Positions 48,150 to 59,900 of a stretch of 64,000 nt of DNA are shown in pieces (position 1 is the stretch's first letter; every line of letters begins with the position of its first letter). This stretch comes from Psammoneis japonica (lineage: Eukaryota), in contig QPGO01000175.1 in assembly GCA_008632985.1 (NCBI GenBank), positions 1 through 64,000 of the forward strand, written 5' to 3'. The notes beneath the pieces were generated by a model, which saw nothing but the letters and a program-made list of their open reading frames with translations, did not search any database and was not told where the DNA came from. Position numbers and translations under genes: made by a program.

Positions 48150-49800
48150 CATGTTCAATCGCGTCTTTGAATTCTGTCCACATTGTCATGCAATCCCCCC
48201 ATTCTAATACCTCCATTTTTCAATCATGGGTTGAGGCTCTAAATCAGGCATATCAACCTTTGACATATCGCCAGCCAAGTTCCGCACTATCGCCACGTTT
48301 CGCAAGGATGGATCTCCACTTTCATTGTTTCCACGAGCATCTGCAGCACTTGATGGCGGCCGACATTCACAGACATTTTCTCAAGGTCGGGCATGATTAT
48401 TGCTTCACCGCTGCCCCATCTGCCACATGCTGCAGGGAGGAGCCATTTGTCATCGGAATAAGCCATGTCCCAGTAAGCAACCGCCTTGCGTGCAACTCTT
48501 TCCGCATCAGCTTCTACACGCTTCCCATTTAGTAGGACATACTGACTCTTGATAAAGTACTTGAGCACGCAAAGATTTCCATTCTTACTCATGACACAAT
48601 ATTCCCCCCGTGATGATGGTGGCCCAGCTCTTATACAGGATGCGTTGTTCGACCTCGGCATTCGCCCTTTGTAGTTCGAGCTTTTCGTAGCCCCCCGAAA
48701 CCATCCTTTTGCGCAACATAGAGATAATCACGTTCATGGGCGAATACACAGTGAAAGGGGGGTGGGTTAATTTCTCCCAATACCCATGCAAGCATGCCCA
48801 ATGCCCGCGGCCCATCCAACAAAACTTCTGATGCTTGTAGTGTCCCACGTCGGAAATCGGTAGGGGACTCGTTTTCTTGTTTTCCCTCGTCTTCATGTTG
48901 GAAGAGTCGCAAACTGGTTGGGAGTACATTGGAGGAGAGTCCCGTGCTTTCTTTCCAGCCAGTTCCAACTGCGCTCTACGCGGTGCTTGATAGACGTTAT
49001 CGTCCATAGTGTTTTTCTTCTTTGGCGCTGAAACGTGAAGGTCCGCTGGCATTTATGTAGTCACATCCGATCAATCAATAACGTCGCCCTCTGGTACCCA
49101 CTTGAAGAAATGCCAAGAGGCGCAGGTGGAAAGAATTCCGCAGACATTTCTGACACCGTAATGGTGCGAAGTGGTATCATCTGAGACAAGACTTGGGTCA
49201 AGACCTTGGGATGGGTTGATGGATCTGGATCAGGTGGTTTGACGTTGTTTCGTCAAGGCTGTTTTACCTGCATCGTCCCGCAAATAGAATCATTCACATT
49301 ACGAAATATCCCAATTTCGTATATGAAAACACTTTTTCGATCTGGAGTGATTCCCGCTCTATGGGGACAGATCCATCTATCTTGAGGCCATTCAGAGCGC
49401 CTCTGTGTCCGTCACGAGGCTGTAGTTGCAACTTTCGATAGCATCTTTGACTACGTTCTCAAAAACATGTTGCTGCACTTGTATCTATCGGAAGTAAAAG
49501 ACCTTCCCATCCTTGACACTCTGATAGAAACTGAAAACGCTGAATAAGAGGTTCGCTGTTCGCTGCAATGATGTGTTGGAAATAATAGTTTCAATCGCTT
49601 CATCGTATCGGGAAGTCGTCAAGGTGTTTGAGAACATGGGACGACTGTTTATACGAAAATCAAGTTCGAAAGGAGCAAATAGTGCCGCGGTGCGACGTAT
49701 TCAAAAAGGAGGTTGTTGCAGATAGCAGGTCCGCCTCGCTTTGACACGCCGTACAGCATGAATACGTGCGATGAGTCGTCCGGTCGCAGCTACCACGCCA
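48150..49800 (-). pseudogene. Broken kinase-like (Crinkler/DUF5898-type) gene relic
   Basis: Fragment LCVLKYF..AERVARKAVAYWDMAY..GEAIIMPDL with stops and frameshifts nearby; family assignment weak. Confidence 0.3.
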
Positions 49801-49989
49801 CTTCTTCGACGAAATCCGTCCAATTTCTTTCACTTCAAGTTTCCCCAATTTCTGCTCGACTTAAGCCTGGATCGTGGCGGCAGCGGGGTTTAGTCGTTGT
49901 CATGGTTCATGGTCGGGGTCGGTCCGGTCGATTTTCAAGAATTTGAGATTCCAGATTTGCCAGTCTGCTATCAGTCTGGTGGGGGTCTT

Positions 49990-50147
49990 CGAGGTCCTTG
50001 CGAGGTCTAATAGTTTTCTCAGAAAGCAGCATTAGACCTCAAATAGTATTTTATCTAGACCTCAGACCTCGAGGTCTAATGGTTTTGTGTAAAAAAGTAT
50101 GAGACTCTGAAGACTCTAATGGTTTTTCTCTGGACCTCAGACCTCGC
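49990..50147. repeat. Cluster of AGACCTC/GAGGTCT motifs upstream of the CRAL-TRIO gene
   Basis: Copies at about 49991, 50002, 50034, 50057, 50064, 50071, 50132 and 50139; palindrome AGACCTCGAGGTCT at 50064-50077. Confidence 0.8.
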
Positions 50148-50204
50148 GACTTTTGGCGAAACGCATGCCGCGATACCATACACTGTACGGTACGTAACAC
50201 AGCA

Positions 50205-51226
50205 ATGACCATGGTGGCCGCAGCGCAAGACAGTGTCGATCAACCGGCCAACATCGTAGAAGAGCGCATCGAGAAAGAAGATGAAGACCATGTTGCTGTT
50301 TTGATTGAGAGCGTCCAGAAACGTATTCAGGAGGATAACGAGCAGTTTCCTGAAGCCCAGAGCGTGTCTTCGTTTTGGGAAAGAAAGGTTGACGCATCGC
50401 ACGTGGCGGAAGCGATTCGTGTGAGTGATTCGATGCTTGGTGATACAGATCATCTTAATCGCATACTGGTAGCGAGAAAATTCAGGATTGAGAAAGCGAC
50501 CGACTTGTTCTTTGAGCAGGTTCGCTTCCGTGCCGAGTGGAGGCCCAGCGAAATTACGCCCGATTTGATTCCTAATGCATTGCCATGTAAGTGTGACAGT
50601 TTCGACTTATCGAGGTGAATACAGTACGTCGAAGTGCCAGCTCTCATTCGTATTTCTCTTTCTTGACTTATGTGTCAGCTGGGGCTTGGAGGCTTTGCGG
50701 GTATTCACGAGAGGGCTGTGTGGTTTCCAACTACAAATTGGAGTACTGGAACCCTGACGAATACGAGAAGGAAGATGGCAAGGGGCTCGAGGATGCTTGT
50801 GCAGAATACACTCGATATATCCTGTATATGATTGAACTCATGATGAGAAACAGAAAACCGGAACCTGTGTCTCAACAGTTTGTTGTTCTTTTTGACCTGA
50901 CGGGTTTTTCAACGAGGCTCGTCTTTCGAAGCAATGTCAGGCTCATGATTGAAAACCTCATTTATGTTGCACAGGCTCAATACCCGGAGCTTCTACACAA
51001 GGTGTTGCTTGTCAATGCACCATATGGCTTTTCTACGGCCTGGAAGCTAATAACACTGTTGTTGGACGAGAAAACCGCATCCAAGATTCACTTTGTTACC
51101 CCTGAGCAAATTTTGGACGACATTGCCCCCGAGGTTTTGAGTACGGAATATGGCGGATCGCACCCAGAATACCCTATTCTACCAGACACACTTGATCAAG
51201 CGGAGGAGGAACCGATTGATAATTAG
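50205..51226 (+). CDS. CRAL-TRIO/Sec14-like lipid-binding protein; exons 50205-50586 and 50679-51226
   Basis: RILVARKFRIEKA, VVLFDLTGFS, QAQYPELLHKVLLVNAP, EYGGS; GTAAGT..CAG intron restores the frame. Confidence 0.92.
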
Positions 51227-51964
51227 GAAAGTTGGGGGATTAAAATAGTTTTTGACTACCGGGTAAGAGTCAAGAACAAAGTCTATCGCCAGTTACACAG
51301 TGTACTGTATGGCAGAATGCTGAGCACGGGCCAGAATCCACCACTGAACAGATCGAAGCCTGCAGACCTTTTGAATATTTTAAGCTAATGAGTTACGGTA
51401 GCCAACGTTGATCCCAGCACTTGAGTAGCGCAAGGTTACCCAGTGGAAGGGAAAGGGGATGAAATGCGGACTCGGGGGTGACCAACGAACAATGATATGT
51501 CGCCCAAGTTTGGTCTGATATTCAACATTGAATTTTACACCTTCTTTGAAATCATAGTCATGCCGTTTGCATCTCTCATCAAATTCTTCCACACATCCGT
51601 ATCGGCACCATGGCAGATTTTGGAGCAACCACACAACCATCTCTCAATCTCTTCAACAAACACAGGAGCCTCTATAACTGTAGCACAGTTTTAGGACAAC
51701 TGCTAACATGAGACAAACTTAAGAATTATATCAAAAGAGTCTCTAAAACTGAGCTGGTGTGCGAATACAGTGGCTTTGATTCCTATACAGTCGGGATAGA
51801 ACGAAATACCATGTACGACATTTCTCAGCTTCTCGCATCCCGATTTGCAGCTTTGTCGTTCGCATTCTATCATGAAGTGGCATGGCTTCTTCCTATACTT
51901 GAGCTCCGTGATACGTTATACGTACAGGGTCCTCTAGTCTCTGCTTTTTCATCCTTGGTTTTTT

Positions 51965-52636
51965 CTACACATCAATTGTGATGTGTGTCGTGGCGGGTCG
52001 CAAAGGAGACGCTGGAGCTGCATCAGACGCAACCTCATGCGAGACTGCCTCAGAAGTCTCGTTGCTTGAGCTGACTGACATCATTCTGGCAAATACGATT
52101 GGTGGATTCAATTCGTTGTTGACAGGAACCCCTTCTGAAGAAACACCAATAGGAACCGCCCTCACGGTTTGAACAGTCGACCTTGCTACTCTCAGGTTTC
52201 CTGATTCACCAGATTGCTTCTTCGCTCGCTTAACAACGAAGTAGCTATAAACCAAACCACAAAAAACACAGATTAAAAGTACACCGACTGCAATACCTTT
52301 GTTAGGAGAAGGCGCCGATTCGGTGGAGTCGTCAATGAATAATTCGTCGTCATCATTGGTGTCGACCAGTTCATTGCATTCGAATGTCGAATTCAGAGCT
52401 TCGTCAAGAAAGAAGGAATAGTTGAGGCAGCTTTTGCTTAGATCGATGGATGAATTATTGCGCCCATTGCAAACGCAAACGTCTTCCGTATAGAACGCAT
52501 AGTAGGGAAGGCTATTCGTGCAGAAGGTGCAACCTTGGTTGACGCAAGAAAGACACTCATCCTTCTGAGAGATTGCGATTGTTCTGACAATGAAACCTGT
52601 AGAGTAAGATACAAGGAGAACAAATGACAGTTGCAT
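51965..52636 (-). CDS. Single-pass membrane protein with Cys-rich extracellular part
   Basis: Signal-like start MQLSFVLLVSY, CLSCVNQGCTFC, TM GIAVGVLLICVFCGLVYSYFVV followed by KRAKK. Confidence 0.7.
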   Translation of the reverse strand: MQLSFVLLVSYSTGFIVRTIAISQKDECLSCVNQGCTFCTNSLPYYAFYTEDVCVCNGRNNSSIDLSKSCLNYSFFLDEALNSTFECNELVDTNDDDELFIDDSTESAPSPNKGIAVGVLLICVFCGLVYSYFVVKRAKKQSGESGNLRVARSTVQTVRAVPIGVSSEGVPVNNELNPPIVFARMMSVSSSNETSEAVSHEVASDAAPASPLRPATTHITIDV

Positions 52637-54932
52637 CAATAAGCCAGTGGAACTTGAGTGTTGTTTTCGAAGAAAAATGTGAGCGCAGTCATAACCTCCC
52701 ACCTCGGTTGCCAGCATGCAGGTAAGTCCCGCGCGACCCTTGCGTGACTCAAAACTGCTTGAGCAATGTTGTGGCGTGACATCGTGAGGGTGAAAGCCAC
52801 AGCAAGCTGTCGCATTTGCTGCCCAGCCATTCCCAACTACAGTGAAGCTCCACCTCCAGTTCCTTCATCCCATTGATCCTGCTGACAAGCCTGACACCCG
52901 TGTCTCTCCTTCCGACATCTGCTCTCCTCCATCACTCCTCCTGCTGTTGATGCAGTGTCCTGCTCTCTCAAGAGAGACGCTTCCTTCCAGCTTTTGGACG
53001 ACCTTTTCTGGAGCCAAGTGCTGTGCCAAGCCTTGCTAAAAGCAGTGATTGTCATGCTGTGATGTCACCTTCTTGCTGGAACCCTTCTCTCTGATGCCTT
53101 CAACTTTTGCCTCTTTGGTGGTTCTCAAGCCACCTTTGCCTTTTGATGAAAAAAAAGGCACCCCTGCAAGCTCCCCCAGACCTCTCCAAAACTGTTTTCC
53201 AACTTCCACTCACCTGACTTCCTTTTCCCAACTCTCCTGCATCCCAGCACACTTGTGAGTTCCTCCTTGATGAGATCCACAACCCCGCCAAGAGGCTTGC
53301 CTTGTCCCTCCCACTCTTCTGGCCCAAGCTTTGCCCTTTTGTCCAAGTTCCACCTTCCTTGATCATGTTGGTCTCCTCACCTCCCCCAGATTCCTTTCTT
53401 GGCTCATCTGTGTTCACTGCCCATCTGCCCAACAAGCTTTGAAAGCCAATGCCAAGTTGCTTGTCTTGCATGCCATGAGCTTGTCTTTGACCCAAGCTGT
53501 TTCAAATGAACAACAAAGATCATCTTGGCTGCTGCCTTTGCCCAAGTGACATTTGCCGCATCAGCCATCAATCAGCCACCTGCACAGGAAAGTGACAAAC
53601 CTGTGCTGAATCTCTCCAGTTTGTCTGGAAAATGTCATGGCTTTTGTTCAGAGCTCACATTCTCTTGTTCAGAATCGTGTGTTTTTAACAAGTCCTCAAT
53701 GATTGTCAACAAAGGGAGTTTGATTGCTGTTTCAACCTTCCAAGTGGGATTCAATGGTTGATGCAAATCAGTCGCATGACACACACACTCTTGTCAATTT
53801 TTCACATCTGCTTGTTTTGACATTGTTTTTGCATCTGTCCATTGTCAGGTTAAACTGACCTTCCAAGGAGGAAATCACAGTTGACAAACTTGCCACTTGC
53901 ATTTGTTTCCATCTTGACAACCGTTTGTTCACAACAATTTTCTGACATTGTTCATTTCTGACAACGATGATGTTCAATTGTCTTGTTAACCTGATTGCAC
54001 ATCGGCTGTGTGCTGCTTGTCATCTGATTTGCCAAAATGTTCCATTTTGTCATTTCTGCACTGCACACCAAACAACAAACAATGCCCCCTTTTTTTCCAC
54101 TCTTGCTTTCTCCTGCATTCCACCAGCTCCTGTTGTCCTTCTCAGTTCCCACATGATGGGTGTGATGTTTTGGTTCTCATGTCCTCCCTTGCAACCACTC
54201 TTGCTCTTTTTGCCAATGTTTGCACCAGGGAACGACACTGTCCTGCAATCATCTGTCTTGTGTTCCTTCTGTTTGGCAGGCCAAAGTGTTGCCTGCAAAA
54301 AGAGAAAACTCAGCAGCACCAATGATCAGGTTTTGTGCATGTCTTGTGTTTCTTTTGATCTTGTCTCACACACTGCTTCTGATTGCCTTTGTGCTCTTCC
54401 CCATTGCCTGTCTTCCATTGCAGCTCAGGTCATGCACCCAGATGCTTGTGTGCAAAGATGTGCGCAAGTGCCAGTCATTTGCATTGTGCACCCGATCTCC
54501 ATCCATTCACCACTTGTTTTCTCACCTTGTGTCTTGCATTTTATTCCATCCCATCCACAATGCCGCTGCCTGTCCCCACTGCTCTCATTGTCAGATGTCA
54601 GATGTGACTTGAGTTTGCATTTTTTGTGTCTTGTGAGGGAGTGACAGTTCATGCTTTTTGCCAAAATGCAAGCCTGACCATCAGTTGACACCTGCCAGCA
54701 TCTCTTTTTCAGCAACAATTTTGTTTTAAAAATCAATGATTTCATTGCACACAATGGTTCAAATGATTTGAAACCACCTCAATGAATCATTCAGTCATTG
54801 ATGTCACACATGGATTCAACAAGTGTGATTTTGTCACACAAATGTGTTCTTAAGATTGAAATTTTCACACTCATGCTGCACACTCCCAGCTCCAGAACCT
54901 CAATCAACACCTTTTTGCCATTTGGTGTGTTC

Positions 54933-56295
54933 AAAAATTGCCACTGCCAGCAAGACAATCATCTCTCTTGAGAAAGCTCAGAAACAGGCCCTTCATGCTG
55001 GTGAAACAACAACTTTGGAAACCCACCTTGTAAAGAAAGTGGGCAACTTGAAGGTGGGTTGGTCTTGCTCTTCTGTTGTTCTTTCTTGGTTTTCCATCCA
55101 AACAAGAGACAGGGAATGCCATGATTTCCATTCAGTGACTCCCTGCCCTGGTTGTTGTTGTTGGCGCCTCTGGGACACAATGGAGGCACCCAAAAGGCCA
55201 TCCAAAGACAACTGGGCACTTGCACTCTCACACCTGTCACACGGCACACAAAGCTCCATTGTCTCATCTGTGCGACAGCTTGCACTGGGCCAAACCCAGC
55301 CATGATGTCAGAGAGACAAGGTGCTGCATTGACACAAGACAAGGCTTTTTCTTTGCTTCCCAACAACCGTTGTTGTTGTTCAATCAACACCTTTTTGCCA
55401 TTCAGCCCTTTTTTGCCATTTGGTGTGTGTTCATTGACCATGCCGCCAAGAAAAATGAAGAAGCAGAACCCACAAGGTGCTGGCCACAACAATGCCAGTT
55501 GCGCCAATGCCATTGGCAGCCATGGTGGAGGTGGTGGCCATGGCGGAGGTGGTGTGCTTGCAGTGCTCAAGTGCAAGGTTGAGGTCCTCCCAGGCAAGGC
55601 TCCAGGACAAGACCTTGGTGACCTCAAGGCTCTTTGTCCAGAGCTGCTCCAGGAGCAGCCGGTGACCCAGGATCTGCCGCCACCGCTGCAGCCTCCAACA
55701 ATGAAAAAGCTGATGCCTTTGACAATGTGTCAGACAGCTGCTCCCCTGCAGTTCAACAAGAAGATCTTGACTTTCTCAAGGAGCACAAGAATGAAGTCCC
55801 TTCCTGCAAGACTCCCTTGCTGCTTGGAGCCTCCAAGCACCAGCCACCTGCAGAATCAACCCAAAAGAAATGTCTGGCAATGAGTGCAGAGTGTGGCTGT
55901 TGTTTTGCTGGCAGATGCACAGCCTTTGCAAAATTCAAAACAAAAAGATGTGCAAGCAGCTGCAGCAAAAGTGTAAAGCCTGCAATGCAAAAATTGCCAC
56001 TGCCAAAAACAAAACTGCTTCTCTCCAGAAAGCTCAGAAACAGACCCTTTGTGCCAGTGAAATGACAACTTTGGAGACCAACCTTGCAAAGAAAGTGGGC
56101 AACTTGAAGGTGGGTCATGCTCTTCTGTTCTCTCTTGGCTTTCCACCCAAGCAAGAGACAGGGAACACAATGAATTTCCATCAACTGACCCCCTGCCCTG
56201 GTTGTTGTTGGCTCCTCTGGGACACAATTGGGGCACCCAAGGCCATCCAAAGACAACTGGGCACTTGCGCTGCTGTCACACCTGTCACACGGCAC
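54933..56295. repeat. About 300-bp direct duplication (54933-55250 and 55990-56295)
   Basis: AAAATTGCCACTGCCA...AGAAAGTGGGCAACTTGAAGGTGGGT...CCATCCAAAGACAACTGGGCACTTGC in both copies. Confidence 0.9.
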
Positions 56296-56945
56296 AGAAA
56301 GCTCCCTTGTCTCTGCAGGTGAGGTGGCTGGGCCAAAGCAAGCCAATCACATCAGACAGGAAAGTGGCTGTGTTGGCCCAAGATCAGGCTTTTTCTTCCA
56401 GCTGTTGTTGTTCTTGCCTCCTCAGGGTTCCAATGAAATCTCTTGTGCCCACTCCAAGACAAGTGAGTGCTTGTGCTGTCACACAGATGGCTGGTTCTTG
56501 GCTGGGCCAAACCCCCAGTCATGTCAGACAGACAAGGTGCCTGCATTGACACAAGACAAGGCCTTTGCTTCCCAACCATTGTTGTTGTTGCATCTTCTGG
56601 GACCCAGCAGAGTCATCAAATGCCATCCCAAGACAATGAGCACTTGCATCATCACACAGATGGTTTTCTTGTCTCTTGGGTTGGCTGGCTGGGCCAAAGC
56701 CAGTCATGTCAGAGAGACAAGGTGCTGCATTGACACAAGCCAAGGCATTTGCTCCCCAACGATGGCTGTTGACATGTCCCTGGCAACCCACTGGAGTCCT
56801 CCAATGCCATCCCAAGACAACCCGCACCTTCTTTGCCACATCTGTGGGCTTCGTGCTTGCACACCTCCTTGTGCAGAGCTGGGCATCTTCTTGTTTGTGG
56901 AGGAATTGCACAACGGGGCTGCTGCTGCCCAAGACAAGGCTTGCA
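56240..56945. repeat. Degenerate tandem array with period about 175-205 bp
   Basis: GGGCCAAA..ATGTCAGA(C/G)AGACAAGGTGC..CATTGACACAAG at about 55288, 56504 and 56691, weaker at 56330; CCATCC(A/C)AAGACAA-type block at about 56243, 56450, 56623 and 56807. Confidence 0.8.
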
Positions 56946-59900
56946 GGCAGGTTCCCAAATCAGAGTGCAAAGCCCACACAATTTGGCCAACCCACTCAAA
57001 AAATGCAGACTGAGTGCATTTGGGTTGTGTGTCATGCAGGGAGCAACTCAAACAAATGTTCATTTGTGGCGATGATGATGATCTGGCTTGGCATTTGTCA
57101 AATGTTTGCTGGGACATGGGGACACCACCACATGCTCCATTTTAGCCACTCAAGTGGCACTGGCCTGTGCAGCATGCACCATCCACCCGGCAAGCCTGTT
57201 AGTTCAGAAGATGAGTTGCACAGTGCCCAGCAGGAAAAAAGGACAGGTGCAGCAGAGACAGAGCAAAGCAAAGGCAGAGAGTTGACAAGGTGGAAGGAAA
57301 AGGAAACAAACAAAGCTGTCCTTGAGAGGTTGCAAACTGAGGACAAAATGAGCCACACACAAGCAACTAAAACAAAGGCAGAGATCTGACAGATGGAGGG
57401 GGCAAAAATAAAGCTGTTCTCAACAAGAGCTTAAAATGAGGACAAAATGAGCCACACAGTTGACCCATTTGATGGAACCCCCCGCAAGTCCACACGACCA
57501 TCCAACAGAGCATTTTTTGTGAGTGAAACACAACCCTTCTCATGTTGTCACCACAACAATTTCTGTTTCAGTCTGTTGCATGCCAACCTTGTTGTGGCTG
57601 TCCTGCTGGCAATTGTTTTCAACAAGCTGTTTGTTCCACTCCTCTTGGCGAGGTTTGGTCACAGTGATCACCAGCAGAAAGTGCTTTTGTGACAATGACA
57701 ACAACTGTGTGTTGCAACATGGGACTCTGGACTTGTTGTGAAGTCCCAGAAAAGCCACCATGCTGCAGTGCCTTGTGCACAAGGTGAGGATCCATCCACA
57801 CACCTTGCAAGCCAGCCAGAAATGCAGCAACAAGAAGCGTTGTGGCCTCCTCAATCTTCATGGTTGGTTTGATGCTTTTGTGATGGGAAACACATCACTC
57901 AAGTGCCTTTCAGAAACATGTTGCCAAGCTCACTTCTTCCCTTTGCCACAACAGATTGAACTGGCAAACTGCACACACAGAGAAAACACTTGTGTGAGCC
58001 ATGCAGGCAACTTGAGCAAAGGCAGAGATCTGACAAATGGAAGGATGAAAACAAATGAAACTGTCCCCAACAAGTGTTTAAAATGTGGACAGAATGAGCC
58101 ACACAGGTGGCTTGAAATGAGCAAAAAAGATTTGTTTGTTTGTCACTTCATGACTGCCAAGAAACAAAACCAACAATTGAGTGTGTTGAAGATCTGTGGA
58201 TGCAATCAGTGTGCATGTGACAAATTTTGCTCATTGACAAGTTGTGCTCTTGTCAAGCACAGAAACATGTCACAGACGTTGGATGTTGAGTCAGCAGTCT
58301 GTGATTGTTTGGATTTTTTTGTTGCACCTCTTTCAATGCGTGGTGTCATCATTCACAGTTGTGGCTTTGCACTGAAAATTGTGCAGGATCCACCTCTGCA
58401 CAGGAGAGATCACACAGAAATGTTTGCTGGGCAGGTGAAAAACATGCAACAATCCTGGGGAATGGGGTTTTCTTGCAAAGCTCTGCCTCAAGATGTTCAA
58501 ATGGCGCTGCAGGAGGTTGACTGCCACCCAATTGCTTGACTTCTGTCACATGGCTTGAACAGCTCAAGCTGGTGCAGTTTTCCCCACTTGGCTTGCGTGG
58601 GCACCACTCTTTGATCCATCACCACCAGAGGCATCATTGTTCATTGTGCTCACACTGCTCCTCTCCAATCTCTTGAGAGATGACATCTCTTCTGACACAT
58701 GGATTGCAGCCTGGTGCTTGTGCCTGTCTGCCTCTGTTCTGACATGCCCATGCTGTCGACACTGCCTGCTGCTGCCTGCAAGACATCTGTTGTCGTTGCC
58801 TTCAGCATCTCTCTGTCATCTCATTGGAGTGAGATGAAGACACCAGTGCTCCAGGGCTGTGTTCCATGTCTGCTGTGTGACAAACATGTGGCCAGCAGTG
58901 CAGTCTCAACTTCCACCTCCTGCATCTGTGCACATGTCCACCATGATGAGAGTTGCCACTGGCCTGTCTGCTTGGAGATTTCCCCATGTCAAAACTGCTG
59001 CCAGTGACTTCCTCTCTCTGACCCACAGAGTTTACATTGTGATCATCAGCCAAGGCAGATTCAAGAGCAGGAGGGTCTGCTGTGGGATCTCTCATTGTGG
59101 CTGAACAAGAGCCCAGGTGCCCAACATGTTGTGGAGCAATCACAACAAGCAGCACAAGAAAGCAGCTCAGATCTGACATCGAGCCTGCCACCTTGTTGTC
59201 AGAGTGCTCTGGCCCTGGCCCCACAGGCAAGATCACTTCTGGATGTCTCTTGTCATCAAGCAAACCTGCTGCAGACCAGGATGGCCCCACACAAAGCAGT
59301 GCAGCAGCTGTGTTGGACAGCTGTGCCATCACAGCAACAGGCAGAGAAGCCTGGACACCTTGAGGTGAGCTTTCTGAGGTTAGATTGCCAACACATGACC
59401 CTTGCAGACTGCCCAAGCACCAAGCTGAGCAGGTGCACATTGATTGTTCTCCCATGGTCAGTTGTTTTGCAAACCATTGTTGATGTCTTTTTTAGTGCAC
59501 CACTGCTTGTCAGCACAACTTGTTGCGATTCAGTCATGAACTGATCAAGTTTTTGACTTGACTGCTTTCTCTCCAGTCTTTCATTTCATCAGTCATCAAC
59601 TTTGATTGCCATCAGTCAATTTTTTGGTTGGTGATTGCTTTTCATTGCATCCTTTGAGCACGAGTCCAATGGACAACCACTGTGATTTCCTCAACACATT
59701 TCCACTCAGATTTCAAATGTGTGAATGAATGCCAGCACCAGCGGGTGTTTGCAGATGGTGCTGGGACCTCCCACTGACATCATCCCTTTGCAGAGACATG
59801 CACTGTCATCTTTTGTTGAACCTGTGGCTGATCTCACTGTCCACCCTGAAGTCAATGCTGGCACCACTCACTTCCTCGGTTGGTCAACCTGCCAGATCTC

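Noticed and set aside
56240..56945. Spaced repeats as a CRISPR-like array
   Set aside because: Units are degenerate along their whole length, there are no unique spacers or cas genes, and the context is eukaryotic.
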